This document shows positions 9,042 through 16,544 of a DNA stretch of 41,745 nt, one piece after another. This DNA is from a virus (taxonomy: Duplodnaviria; Caudoviricetes): IMG/VR virus record IMGVR_UViG_3300049135_000042, positions 1 through 41,745 of that record; one strand, given 5' to 3'. The notes below the pieces were generated by a model that saw only the letters and a list, made by a program, of their open reading frames with translations, did no database searches and was not told where the DNA came from. A program made the translations under genes and the position numbers. How positions within the stretch are numbered: position 1 is the first letter of the stretch; each line of letters starts with the position of its first letter.

Positions 9042-9076
9042 GTCTGAACGGTAGTTCATATGCACTGTCCGCGCAA
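9042..9076 (-). promoter_or_regulatory. early lytic promoter with operator in its spacer
   Basis: Minus strand TTGCGC-N17-TACCGT-N6-ATG; operator AGTTCATATGCACT at 9053-9066. Confidence 0.7.
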
Positions 9077-9094
9077 GTATCAAAACTGGGGTCT

Positions 9095-9122
9095 AGTGCA
9101 TATGTCATCCGCCGGGTACCCT
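9095..9122 (+). promoter_or_regulatory. operator AGTGCATATGTCAT and putative repressor -10 (TACCCT)
   Basis: Palindrome variant at 9095-9108; TACCCT at 9117-9122 lies 9 nt before GTG 9132. Confidence 0.5.
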
Positions 9123-9437
9123 GACGCTACTGTGGACACACTCAACCAGGCCGTCAGCGCTGCAGTGCGCGACATCATGGCGGACCATGGCATCACCCAG
9201 CAGCAGGTGGCGGACCTCCTCGGACGCTCACAGGCCTACGTCTCGCACCGGCTCATCGGCCGACGCGAGCTATCCCTCGACATCGTCCAAGCGGTAGCCA
9301 ACCTCACTCACATGTCCCCGCGGGCTGTGATGGTCGAGGTTTCTGAGCGTATGTCCTCAATATCAGACCCCAGGCCGGAGGCCGCCGCGGACACGGCGCC
9401 TGCACCGCTTGTGGGTCAGGCAGATGGCGAAGGTTGA
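9102..9437 (+). CDS. immunity repressor (XRE HTH, no peptidase domain); alternative start GTG 9132
   Basis: VRDIMADHGITQQQVADLLGRSQAYVSHRLIGRRELSLD HTH; lies between cro and integrase. Confidence 0.85.
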   Translation: MSSAGYPDATVDTLNQAVSAAVRDIMADHGITQQQVADLLGRSQAYVSHRLIGRRELSLDIVQAVANLTHMSPRAVMVEVSERMSSISDPRPEAAADTAPAPLVGQADGEG

Positions 9438-9646
9438 GCCGGCACGCGAGCACCGGGCAGTAGAACGGACATCCTCCCCGCGACAGTGCGGGTCCCTGCG
9501 TTGAATCCCCCATAGCGGGTAATCCTGCGCTATGCATGGATCTGCGTAGACCGTTTTCTCCGGCAATCACCCGGGTGAATGGCGCATTATGCCGCGATGT
9601 GGAACGACCCGTGCAAAGTGATGGAATAAGCCTCACCAACAGGACA

Positions 9647-9678
9647 ATCCCCCGTCGGGCATGTCGCCGACGGGGGAT
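9647..9678. terminator. hairpin terminator between the convergent repressor and integrase genes
   Basis: ATCCCCCGTCGG-N8-CCGACGGGGGAT, a perfect 12-bp stem. Confidence 0.7.
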
Positions 9679-9714
9679 ATGTCTGTCGTGAGACGAGTTG
9701 GACGCATGTCCACA

Positions 9715-11046
9715 TCACGATGGTGATAGGCCGGATTCTCCCGTGTCGACCCCCAGCCCGAGCGTGCCGGCAACCGTTGACAGCGCGGCGAGCGTCCGAG
9801 CCCGGTCGGTGTGCAGGTAGGCCTGTGTGCTCAGGATGCTGGCGTGCCCCATGATCGCAGTGATGGTGGAGTCGTCCACGCCCGCAGCCCGCAGCATCGT
9901 CGCCGCAGTGTGCCGACCCTCGTACTCGTACGGCAGGCGTCCGTGGATCTCCGGCCCACGACCCGGGTTCGGCTCGGTGATCGCGACCTGGGCAGCGTGG
10001 CAGAGCTCATACCAGACGGCGCGGTCCTCGTCGGAGGCCTGTGGGCTACCGTCCGGGCGCGGCCACACCAGGCCGTGTGGGGACTTCGGTGCCGCCTCGC
10101 GCCAGGTGGTCAGTGCCGAGGCCATCCACGGCACAAGCGGGATCACGCGCTTGCCTGACTTCGTCTTCGGCCGCACAAGGTGCGTGGCGCCGGCGAGCTG
10201 CCGCGCTTCGTACCCGCGGGGCACCCGGAAGCCCGAGGTGCGGTCACGAGCGACGCGGTAGGGCAGAGGCTGGAGCTGCCAGGAGACGTCGAGGTGACCG
10301 GCCTCGAGGTCGACGGCGTCCCACGTCAGGCCGAGGCATTCCCCAGGCCGCATGCCCTGGAGCAGAGCGGCCACCCAGCGGGACGCATCCGGGCGCTGGG
10401 AGGCCACCTGCAGGATGGCCAGCGCGTCCGGCAGCGGGATCGCGTCGCGGTCGTTCTCGCCGGCCCCCGGGCCTTCCACGAGCAGCACGCGCTGCGGGAC
10501 GGCGTATCCCTCCATGATGGCGTCGCGCAGCATCTTGAGCAGCACCGCGTGCGCGCGCTGCACCGACGACGGCTGGGCGCCCGCGACGTCCATGTAGCGG
10601 TGCAGAGCTCGCACGTCCGCCGGGGAGAGCTGGTCGAGCCGCCGGTGCCCGATCGACGGGATGATCGAGTTGCGGATCTGTGACCGGTCCGTGGCCCATG
10701 TCCGGGGGCGCATGGTGTCGACCCGGTTCTCCAGCCAACGCTCGGCCCATGCCTTCACGGTGGACTTCCCGCCGGCGGCTGCACCCTCGCCGTCCTGGAC
10801 CTTGAGCAGCGCCTGGCGCAGCTTCTGCTCGGCACCCTTCTTCGTGGTCGCGGTGACCTTGGGTCGCCGCCGGGTGCCGCGCTTGGTGAAGCCGGCGTCG
10901 TAGGTGCCGACCCACCGCCCGGGGCACTTGTGCTTGGGTCGGACCTTACGGGTCTTCCCGTCCTCGCCGACGGCGGCGACGGACGGGGGGCAGGTGGGTG
11001 TGCACTCCTGGAACACGGTGCCGGTTCCTTTGAGCCTCTGGGGCAT
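9715..11046 (-). CDS. int: tyrosine integrase
   Basis: GMRPGECLGL (R), PKTKSG (K), YEGRHT (HxxR variant), MGH, TQAYLH (Y). Start MPQRLKGTG; adjacent to attP. Confidence 0.95.
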   Translation of the reverse strand: MPQRLKGTGTVFQECTPTCPPSVAAVGEDGKTRKVRPKHKCPGRWVGTYDAGFTKRGTRRRPKVTATTKKGAEQKLRQALLKVQDGEGAAAGGKSTVKAWAERWLENRVDTMRPRTWATDRSQIRNSIIPSIGHRRLDQLSPADVRALHRYMDVAGAQPSSVQRAHAVLLKMLRDAIMEGYAVPQRVLLVEGPGAGENDRDAIPLPDALAILQVASQRPDASRWVAALLQGMRPGECLGLTWDAVDLEAGHLDVSWQLQPLPYRVARDRTSGFRVPRGYEARQLAGATHLVRPKTKSGKRVIPLVPWMASALTTWREAAPKSPHGLVWPRPDGSPQASDEDRAVWYELCHAAQVAITEPNPGRGPEIHGRLPYEYEGRHTAATMLRAAGVDDSTITAIMGHASILSTQAYLHTDRARTLAALSTVAGTLGLGVDTGESGLSPS

Positions 11047-11062
11047 CGTTCGGCCTCTCGTA

Positions 11063-11083
11063 GGGAGCCATCGGGGGAGCCAT
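11063..11083 (+). repeat. integrase arm-type sites, left pair (GGGAGCCAT x2)
   Basis: Direct repeats at 11063 and 11075, mirrored by a pair at 11289 and 11301 with the same 12-bp period. Confidence 0.6.
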
Positions 11084-11095
11084 TCAGAGCCTACG

Positions 11096-11109
11096 GGTGC
11101 ATATGCCAT
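11096..11109. promoter_or_regulatory. operator-like site over the putative int promoter
   Basis: GGTGCATATGCCAT just upstream of a minus-strand -10 TAGGCT (11088-11093). Confidence 0.5.
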
Positions 11110-11166
11110 AACCGCATCTTTGCAGGTCAGACCGCTTTTAGTGTGCCATAACTGACCCCTATCCTA

Positions 11167-11212
11167 TCACTCGTAATGAGAAGGTCGTCAGTTCGATTCT
11201 GACAGGCGGCTC
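11167..11212 (+). other. attP core = 3' half of tRNA-Thr(CGT)
   Basis: TCA-CTCGTAA-TGA anticodon arm, GTCAG-TTCGATT-CTGAC T-arm, AGGCGGC-TC acceptor strand. No 5' tRNA half upstream; phage genes on both sides. Confidence 0.9.
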
Positions 11213-11221
11213 AAGTGGATC

Positions 11222-11258
11222 GGCCCCGGAATCTCAACGGTTCCGGGGCCTTCCTCTT
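11222..11258 (+). terminator. terminator downstream of the att core
   Basis: GGCCCCGGAATC-TCAAC-GGTTCCGGGGCC followed by TTCCTCTT; would terminate the reconstituted host tRNA after integration. Confidence 0.75.
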
Positions 11259-11288
11259 GCCCGGCCATAGCTGCCTAAAACAGGCCAA

Positions 11289-11309
11289 GGGAGCCATTAG
11301 GGTAGCCAT
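11289..11309 (+). repeat. integrase arm-type sites, right pair (GGGAGCCAT, GGTAGCCAT)
   Basis: Same motif and spacing as the left pair. Confidence 0.6.
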
Positions 11310-11372
11310 TCGTCCTTCGCTACTCGGCCCGCGTCATTCCGGGAAGCCCCCACCTGTGGAAAGATCCCCCCC

Positions 11373-11684
11373 ATGGCCGCCGAGATGCCCGCCCCACCCC
11401 TGCCCCTGAACGTCACGGGCGGCGACGGTGACGGCGAACGCACGGGGTACTGGACCGTGACGGGCTCGCAGGACCCGCGCGAGGTGGAGGCAACCATCAC
11501 CCGGGCGACGTCGCCGGACGACGGTCACCTTTTCTTCGCGTGGGACCTGACCCAGCGGACCCACCCGAAGCACAACGGCGTGCGCTCGTACATGGACACG
11601 ATCAAGGAGGGCTTCGCGCCGACGTTCGAGCAAGCGCTGGCAGAGCTGACCGAGGCGTGGGTGCAGCTGCTCGGGACGACGTAG
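11373..11684 (+). CDS. hypothetical protein, att-proximal accessory gene
   Basis: 103-aa ORF with normal amino-acid composition and high GC3, opposite in strand to the late operon. Confidence 0.7.
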   Translation: MAAEMPAPPLPLNVTGGDGDGERTGYWTVTGSQDPREVEATITRATSPDDGHLFFAWDLTQRTHPKHNGVRSYMDTIKEGFAPTFEQALAELTEAWVQLLGTT

Positions 11685-11752
11685 TCCCACCCCGCTTACA
11701 TTCCGGCGGCAGATGCCAAGTTTCCGGCCGTTCGCTTGGATATGGGCATAGC

Positions 11753-11785
11753 AAAACCCCCTCCCACCCGAAGGTGAGAGGGGGT
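11753..11785 (-). terminator. intrinsic terminator
   Basis: Minus strand ACCCCCTCTCACC-TTCG-GGTGGGAGGGGGT-TTT: cUUCGg loop, one G-U pair, U tail. Confidence 0.85.
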
Positions 11786-11801
11786 GTGCTTCCACGCGAG
11801 G

Positions 11802-11877
11802 TGATGCGGGGCCCGGAGTTCAACCGGGGTCCATGCGGCTCACGAAGTCCGTCGCTCTAACCCTGAGCTACCCCGCG
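11802..11877 (-). ncRNA. degenerate tRNA / tRNA-like RNA
   Basis: CGCGGGG TA GCTC AGGGTTA GAGC G ACGGA CTTCGTGA GCCGC ATGGAC CCCGG TTGAACT CCGGG CCCCGCA TCA. Acceptor, D and T stems intact; anticodon arm and T-loop aberrant. Confidence 0.75.
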
Positions 11878-11924
11878 CCTCGCGCTTCTGGTCGGCATCA
11901 CGGCCCGACCCGTACCGTGTGCAT

Positions 11925-11946
11925 AGTGTAGCGAGAGGGTCTGACA
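11925..11946 (-). promoter_or_regulatory. PafBC-type promoter for the tRNA-like RNA
   Basis: Minus strand TGTCAG-ACCCTCTCGC-TACACT = TGTCRG-N10-TANNNT. Confidence 0.6.
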
Positions 11947-11947
11947 C

Positions 11948-12331
11948 TCAGGGCTGGCGGTTGGGCACGATCCCCACGGACAGCGCACCGAGAGCGGCGA
12001 TCAGCACCAGGAGCCAGGACGACGCCGGGATCGAGCCGTTCACGATGAGCGGGACGGCCGCCTGCAGCGCGGTGCCGACGACGGCGACGATCGCCTTGGC
12101 GTACCGGCCGACGCCGGACGGCAGGTTCGGCACCAGGTAGACGGCCAGCGCGTTGACGAGCGCCAGGCCGATGCCGAACCGCTCGTCCAGCACCACGACG
12201 CCGTCGGTCAGCGCCGCAGCGAGCACGGTGAGGGCCGCCGTCAGGATGGCGACGATGGCCTTCGAGTACTTGCTGGGGAGCTCGACGGGGTCGAAGGTCA
12301 GGATCTCGGAGTTGTCGGGGAGGTGGCTCAT
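11948..12331 (-). CDS. holin
   Basis: Four hydrophobic helices in two internal repeats (Y.KAIVA...VPN); directly after the endolysin. Confidence 0.8.
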   Translation of the reverse strand: MSHLPDNSEILTFDPVELPSKYSKAIVAILTAALTVLAAALTDGVVVLDERFGIGLALVNALAVYLVPNLPSGVGRYAKAIVAVVGTALQAAVPLIVNGSIPASSWLLVLIAALGALSVGIVPNRQP

Positions 12332-12334
12332 CGG

Positions 12335-13204
12335 TCAGTTCTCCTTGCGGGTCAGGGTGATCTCGCCCTCCAGCGGAAGGACGACCTCCTCCAGGGCGGC
12401 GTCGATCTTGTCGCCGAGGAGCTTGAGCAGGGTGTCCGGATCGATGCCCTTGGACTCGGCCAGGGTGCGGATGATCGCGGTCTGCGCCGCGTCACGCTTC
12501 TCCGCCTTGGCGAACCCGGCGCGGTTCTCGATCAGGAGGCGACGCAGCGCGGCCGTGAGCGAGAGCCGGTCCTGCTCCTTCGGCTTGCCGGCCGGGCCGT
12601 CGATGACCCGGCCGTCGACGATGTCGAGGATCTTCTTGATGTTGTTCTCTGCGGCGGCGCTCATGTCGTCGTCCTCCTGGGTGGGCTTGGCGTTCTTCTG
12701 GGTGTCACGCTCGGGCTTGTAGACGCGGTGCCAGGGCTCGCCGATGGATCTGCCCTCGTCGTCGGTCCAGCCGTGCTTCTCGAGGATCGGAGTGGCGAGC
12801 CTGCTCCGGGCGTTGCCTGTGGTGCGGTAGGCGCCGAAGTCGTCGACGTCGACCGCGACCCCCCATCCGTGGTTCGAGTTGCCAGGGATGGCCGCCGGTG
12901 CTCCGGACGTCCGCACGTAGCGCGCGCCCTTGTACCAACGGACGTCGCCGAATGGGCCATTGCCGCTCGCCTGACGCGAGTACCGCTCGAAGAAGAACCG
13001 CTCCTGCTCGGCGAGGCTCCGGTTCCAGCCACGGACCGTGAGCACGATCCCGGTCTTCGCCTTGACCTCGGCTCGCGCGCGGTTCCAGGACTCGGCTGCG
13101 TCGCGACGGAGTTCCGCCTTGCCGTAGTTCTCGCCGTCGAGCGGGGCGAGGAGCGAGGCTGGCACGTTCCCGTTCGTGTAGGTCTTGCCGGCGAAGGTGG
13201 CCAT
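12335..13204 (-). CDS. endolysin, M15/VanY-like Zn peptidase
   Basis: RSLAEQ..FF.RY, AAIPGNSNHGWGVAVDV (SxHxxGxAxD), EPWH. Confidence 0.9.
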   Translation of the reverse strand: MATFAGKTYTNGNVPASLLAPLDGENYGKAELRRDAAESWNRARAEVKAKTGIVLTVRGWNRSLAEQERFFFERYSRQASGNGPFGDVRWYKGARYVRTSGAPAAIPGNSNHGWGVAVDVDDFGAYRTTGNARSRLATPILEKHGWTDDEGRSIGEPWHRVYKPERDTQKNAKPTQEDDDMSAAAENNIKKILDIVDGRVIDGPAGKPKEQDRLSLTAALRRLLIENRAGFAKAEKRDAAQTAIIRTLAESKGIDPDTLLKLLGDKIDAALEEVVLPLEGEITLTRKEN

Positions 13205-13211
13205 GTCGCTC

Positions 13212-13925
13212 CTAAGGGGTCGGGGTGGGGCTCGGCGCTGGGGGCTCGATGACGGGCGGCGTGGGCGCCCGGCAGGACAGGGTCACGGCGCCGTCGGCCG
13301 CGATGGTGAAGCCCACGACGGTCTCGCCGTCGGGGCAGGCGTAGGTCCCGGGCTTCGCGGCGCCCTGGGGGCCACGGTCGCCGGTATCGCCCTTCGCGCC
13401 GGTATCGCCCTTCGGCCCTTGGATGCCCTGGATGCCCTGAGGACCGGTGAGGCCGATAGGCCCCTGCTCTCCGGTGGCGCCAGCCGTGCCAGTGAGGCCG
13501 ATGTCGCCAGGCTCGCCCGGCGCACCTCGCGGGCCGATTGGTCCACGCGGTCCGGTCTCTCCAGGCGGCCCGGTGCGCCCCTGGGGGCCAGTAGCGCCAG
13601 TGAAGCCACGCTCACCCTGTGGCCCCGGGATGCCCTGGGCGCCAGCCGGGCCCGCCACGGGCGTGTTCGCCACGACCTCAGCGGCCTGCTTGCACAGGTC
13701 GCGGCCGTCGAGGTCGAGAGAGCCCTGGGACTCACACGCCTGCTGCACCTGCTCAGCCAGGGACGCGGCAGAGGTCTCCGCGGTCTCGGCGCGAGTCTGC
13801 GTCTCGTGCCACAGCACCAGGAATAGCGCCAAGGCCACCATGCCGGCCGCGACCAGGGCGATGTTCTGCTTGAACCGACGGCGCGGTTCGCGGGCGACCT
13901 GCTCGGCCCGTTCCACTTCGGTCAC
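13212..13925 (-). CDS. membrane-anchored collagen-like protein
   Basis: N-terminal TM ([18 protein letters not shown]), Cys-pair helical segment, about 33 G-X-Y triplets, then a Cys-pair and Pro-rich tail. GTG start overlaps the upstream stop. Confidence 0.8.
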   Translation of the reverse strand: MTEVERAEQVAREPRRRFKQNIALVAAGMVALALFLVLWHETQTRAETAETSAASLAEQVQQACESQGSLDLDGRDLCKQAAEVVANTPVAGPAGAQGIPGPQGERGFTGATGPQGRTGPPGETGPRGPIGPRGAPGEPGDIGLTGTAGATGEQGPIGLTGPQGIQGIQGPKGDTGAKGDTGDRGPQGAAKPGTYACPDGETVVGFTIAADGAVTLSCRAPTPPVIEPPAPSPTPTP

Positions 13926-14236
13926 GTCGTGCCTCCCTGGGCGGCGCCGAGCTCGTACAGCCGGCGGTACTTCGCTGCCTCGTCCTCGGCTGCCCACTTC
14001 GCGCGGCGAGCGTCCTCGTAGAGCGTGCTGAGCGCGTCGACCTTGGCCGTCAGCTCGGCGATCTCCTTGGCGTGGCTGGCCTTGGCCGACTCGATCGCCG
14101 CGGCGGTGCTCGTTTGCACCTCGGCGATGTGGTTCTGGTACTGGCGTCGGTCGGCGTAGTTCTGCCGGAGCAGGTACCCGATGATGGCGGCGGCGAAGAG
14201 CGTTATGCCGCCGGTGCCGAGCAGGGTCGGGTCCAC
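13922..14236 (-). CDS. membrane protein (TM + coiled coil), lysis cassette
   Basis: [23 protein letters not shown] followed by a heptad-like helix. Confidence 0.7.
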   Translation of the reverse strand: MDPTLLGTGGITLFAAAIIGYLLRQNYADRRQYQNHIAEVQTSTAAAIESAKASHAKEIAELTAKVDALSTLYEDARRAKWAAEDEAAKYRRLYELGAAQGGTT

Positions 14237-14263
14237 ACGGGCCCCCTTCATTCGTGGTGGGGG

Positions 14264-15151
14264 TCAGAACACCTTGTAGACGTCCACGGCCTCGGTGCCG
14301 CTCACCTGCGCGCCCGTGGCACCCTTCGCGACGCCGGTGTCCACCGACGCCTGATCGGGGCACACGTGAGCCCAGACGCGCTTGCCGAAGCTGAGGATGA
14401 AGTCCCAGTCCTCCTGCGGCGCCGAGCCCCCGAAGTTGAACCCGAGGACATCCCACTGGGCCTGCGAGTTGGTGACCATCGTCCGGTCGTCGGTCGAGTA
14501 GAACGCGCCCCAGGACTTGTACCCCCGGGCCCGCAGCGCCGTCGACCACGCCGAGTTGCCCCCGACCCACTTGCCGATCCAGCGCGCGGGCCCGCCGTTG
14601 GCGTCCATCAGGTTGAGCAGCTGGGCGTAGTGCGCCGAGCCGATGTTCTTCGGGTCGATCATGATGACGTGCGTCTTGCCGTACTTCTCGATCAGCTCCT
14701 CCAGCCGCATGAACGGCTGCGGGGAGCGCTCGGGGTGACCCGCCGGCGGCTTGATCTGCTGCGCCTGGATCTGCGCCCAGGTCATCGCGGAGATGTTCGG
14801 GAACGTCCCGCCGCCGTAGACCACCGCGTTGATGCTCGGGTCGTGGCAGCCGATGAAGACGCCGTCGGACGTGCGCTGTGTGGACCACTCCAGGCAGCCG
14901 AAGCCCTCGATCACGGCCTGCGTGTACGCCCTCAGCGAGTGCTCCGGGTACTCCGCACTGCCGCCGCGGTGCGCCATGTAGACCATGGGCCGCGACAGCA
15001 TGTCCGTGACACTCGCGTACCCCCGAGGGATGCTCAGCAAGGGCTGCTCCAGCGGCGTGGCCGTCGTCCCGTCCCAGTAGGCGAGCGTCGTCGGACCGAG
15101 GTTCTCCTCGCCGTCCCAGTAGTCCAGGGGGTCGATGTAGATGCGCGTCAT
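14264..15151 (-). CDS. glycerophosphodiester phosphodiesterase (GDPD)
   Basis: AHRGGS..PEHSL.AY..A...LEWS.Q.TSDGV.I..HD motif. Confidence 0.88.
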   Translation of the reverse strand: MTRIYIDPLDYWDGEENLGPTTLAYWDGTTATPLEQPLLSIPRGYASVTDMLSRPMVYMAHRGGSAEYPEHSLRAYTQAVIEGFGCLEWSTQRTSDGVFIGCHDPSINAVVYGGGTFPNISAMTWAQIQAQQIKPPAGHPERSPQPFMRLEELIEKYGKTHVIMIDPKNIGSAHYAQLLNLMDANGGPARWIGKWVGGNSAWSTALRARGYKSWGAFYSTDDRTMVTNSQAQWDVLGFNFGGSAPQEDWDFILSFGKRVWAHVCPDQASVDTGVAKGATGAQVSGTEAVDVYKVF

Positions 15152-15152
15152 A

Positions 15153-16532
15153 TCAGGCCACCGGGACGATGAACTGGCCGCCGCCGTGGGTGGCGCTGGA
15201 CGCGGTCGAGTGGGTGACGGTCGCTGTCGGGATCGGCGTTGCAGCGAGGTCCTTGATCATCACGGTCAGCGTCCGTGGCGCGACACCGCCAGCCGAACCT
15301 GTCGCGAACCCGAGCACGGTGAAACCGTCCGAGGCGGCAGGGTCGGACGCCGCGTCGTGCATGACGAACAGGACCACCTTGTGGAACGGGACGGTGGCCG
15401 TCGCGAAGCTCTGGATCGAGCAGCCCGTCGTCGTGTTCGAGTTGATCGTCGCCGCCGACCGGTTGGATCCTGAGGTGTATGCCGGCCACGCGGACGCGAC
15501 CAGCGATCCGGGGACCACGAAGCAGACGCCCATGCGGCGGGCGGTCTGGCCGTAGGACGCGGTGACCGTCGACCCCAGCGCGGACAATGCCGTCGAGTCC
15601 GTGACGCGGTAGACGTAGGCACCCGTGTCCCGCGTGTGGTTCGCGGAGTAGTCGATGATCTCCACCCACCCGGAGTCGCTGACCGAGATGTCGCCACCTG
15701 TCGCGGCAGGGTCGAAGCCGGGGATGAAGATCACCGCGTCGCCGATCGCCACCCCAGCAGGGACGGGGCAGGAGACCGTGGTGCCCTCGGAGTCGTGAGA
15801 GACGGTCTCCACCGTCGGCGGCTCCGGGACCACGCCCGACGGGATGTAGCCGAGCAGCCCGGGAGACGTACCCAGCGGAGGCTCGGTGCCCGCGGGGATC
15901 AGGAGGATGCCCGAACCACCACCACCGCCGGACTCCAGCGCGGCCAGGCGGGACTCCAGGTTGGTGACGGTCTCGATGCCCTGGGTGCCCGTGTGGCTCC
16001 CGCGGTCGCGGTCGGCCGTCGAGGCCGCGGCAGTCGCGTTCGCGACGAGCGTCCCGGTCTCTTCCTTCGTGTAGTGCCGCACCATACTTCGCGCCGCGGT
16101 GTCGTACTGCGTGTGCGGGTCACCGGTGGTCAGGTTGGACAGCAGGCTGTGGTCGGTGACGCCGCCGCCGCCGGGGTTCGCGAGGATGTAGGCCTGGAGC
16201 TCGGAGAGAGCGGCGTCGGCCGCTGCGTGGGCGGCGGCCGCGGACTGCCGCGACGCCTCCTCGAACCAGATCGGTCCGCGCAGACCTGACCCGGCGTCGT
16301 ACCAGTCCACGAGGACGGTCTCGGGATTCTCAGTGTCGATGTAGACCGTAGGCGTCGTGGCCGCCTGCGTCACCGTTACCAGAGACGACGGGATCGGGTC
16401 CCCGGCCGCGTCGAAGATCGGGTACGGGGTCGTGGTGTTGCGCGTGACTACCTGGACCTGTTGGCCCTTGAGTGCGGTGTTGGGCTCCAGGGTCGTCGCG
16501 TCGAGCACCCACGCCGGGTAGATCGGGTACAT
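15153..16532 (-). CDS. tail fibre / receptor-binding protein
   Basis: Position after the minor tail genes; HSLLSNL..GDPHTQY and HTGTQ fibre-type motifs, Gly linkers, beta-rich C-terminus. Confidence 0.7.
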   Translation of the reverse strand: MYPIYPAWVLDATTLEPNTALKGQQVQVVTRNTTTPYPIFDAAGDPIPSSLVTVTQAATTPTVYIDTENPETVLVDWYDAGSGLRGPIWFEEASRQSAAAAHAAADAALSELQAYILANPGGGGVTDHSLLSNLTTGDPHTQYDTAARSMVRHYTKEETGTLVANATAAASTADRDRGSHTGTQGIETVTNLESRLAALESGGGGGSGILLIPAGTEPPLGTSPGLLGYIPSGVVPEPPTVETVSHDSEGTTVSCPVPAGVAIGDAVIFIPGFDPAATGGDISVSDSGWVEIIDYSANHTRDTGAYVYRVTDSTALSALGSTVTASYGQTARRMGVCFVVPGSLVASAWPAYTSGSNRSAATINSNTTTGCSIQSFATATVPFHKVVLFVMHDAASDPAASDGFTVLGFATGSAGGVAPRTLTVMIKDLAATPIPTATVTHSTASSATHGGGQFIVPVA

Positions 16533-16544
16533 AGGTCAGGCCTC

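Noticed and set aside
11167-11212. Functional tRNA-Thr gene
   Set aside because: Only the 3' half is present; it is the att core.
11355-11363. DnaA-box-like TGTGGAAAG
   Set aside because: A single copy with two mismatches; not distinguishable from chance.
13360-13655. Tandem DNA repeats or a CRISPR-like array
   Set aside because: Explained by Gly-X-Y codons; there is no repeat-spacer structure.
13212-14888. 558-aa ORF as a single collagen tail fibre
   Set aside because: The upstream part overlaps GDPD and the TM gene out of frame; the real start is the coupled GTG at 13925.
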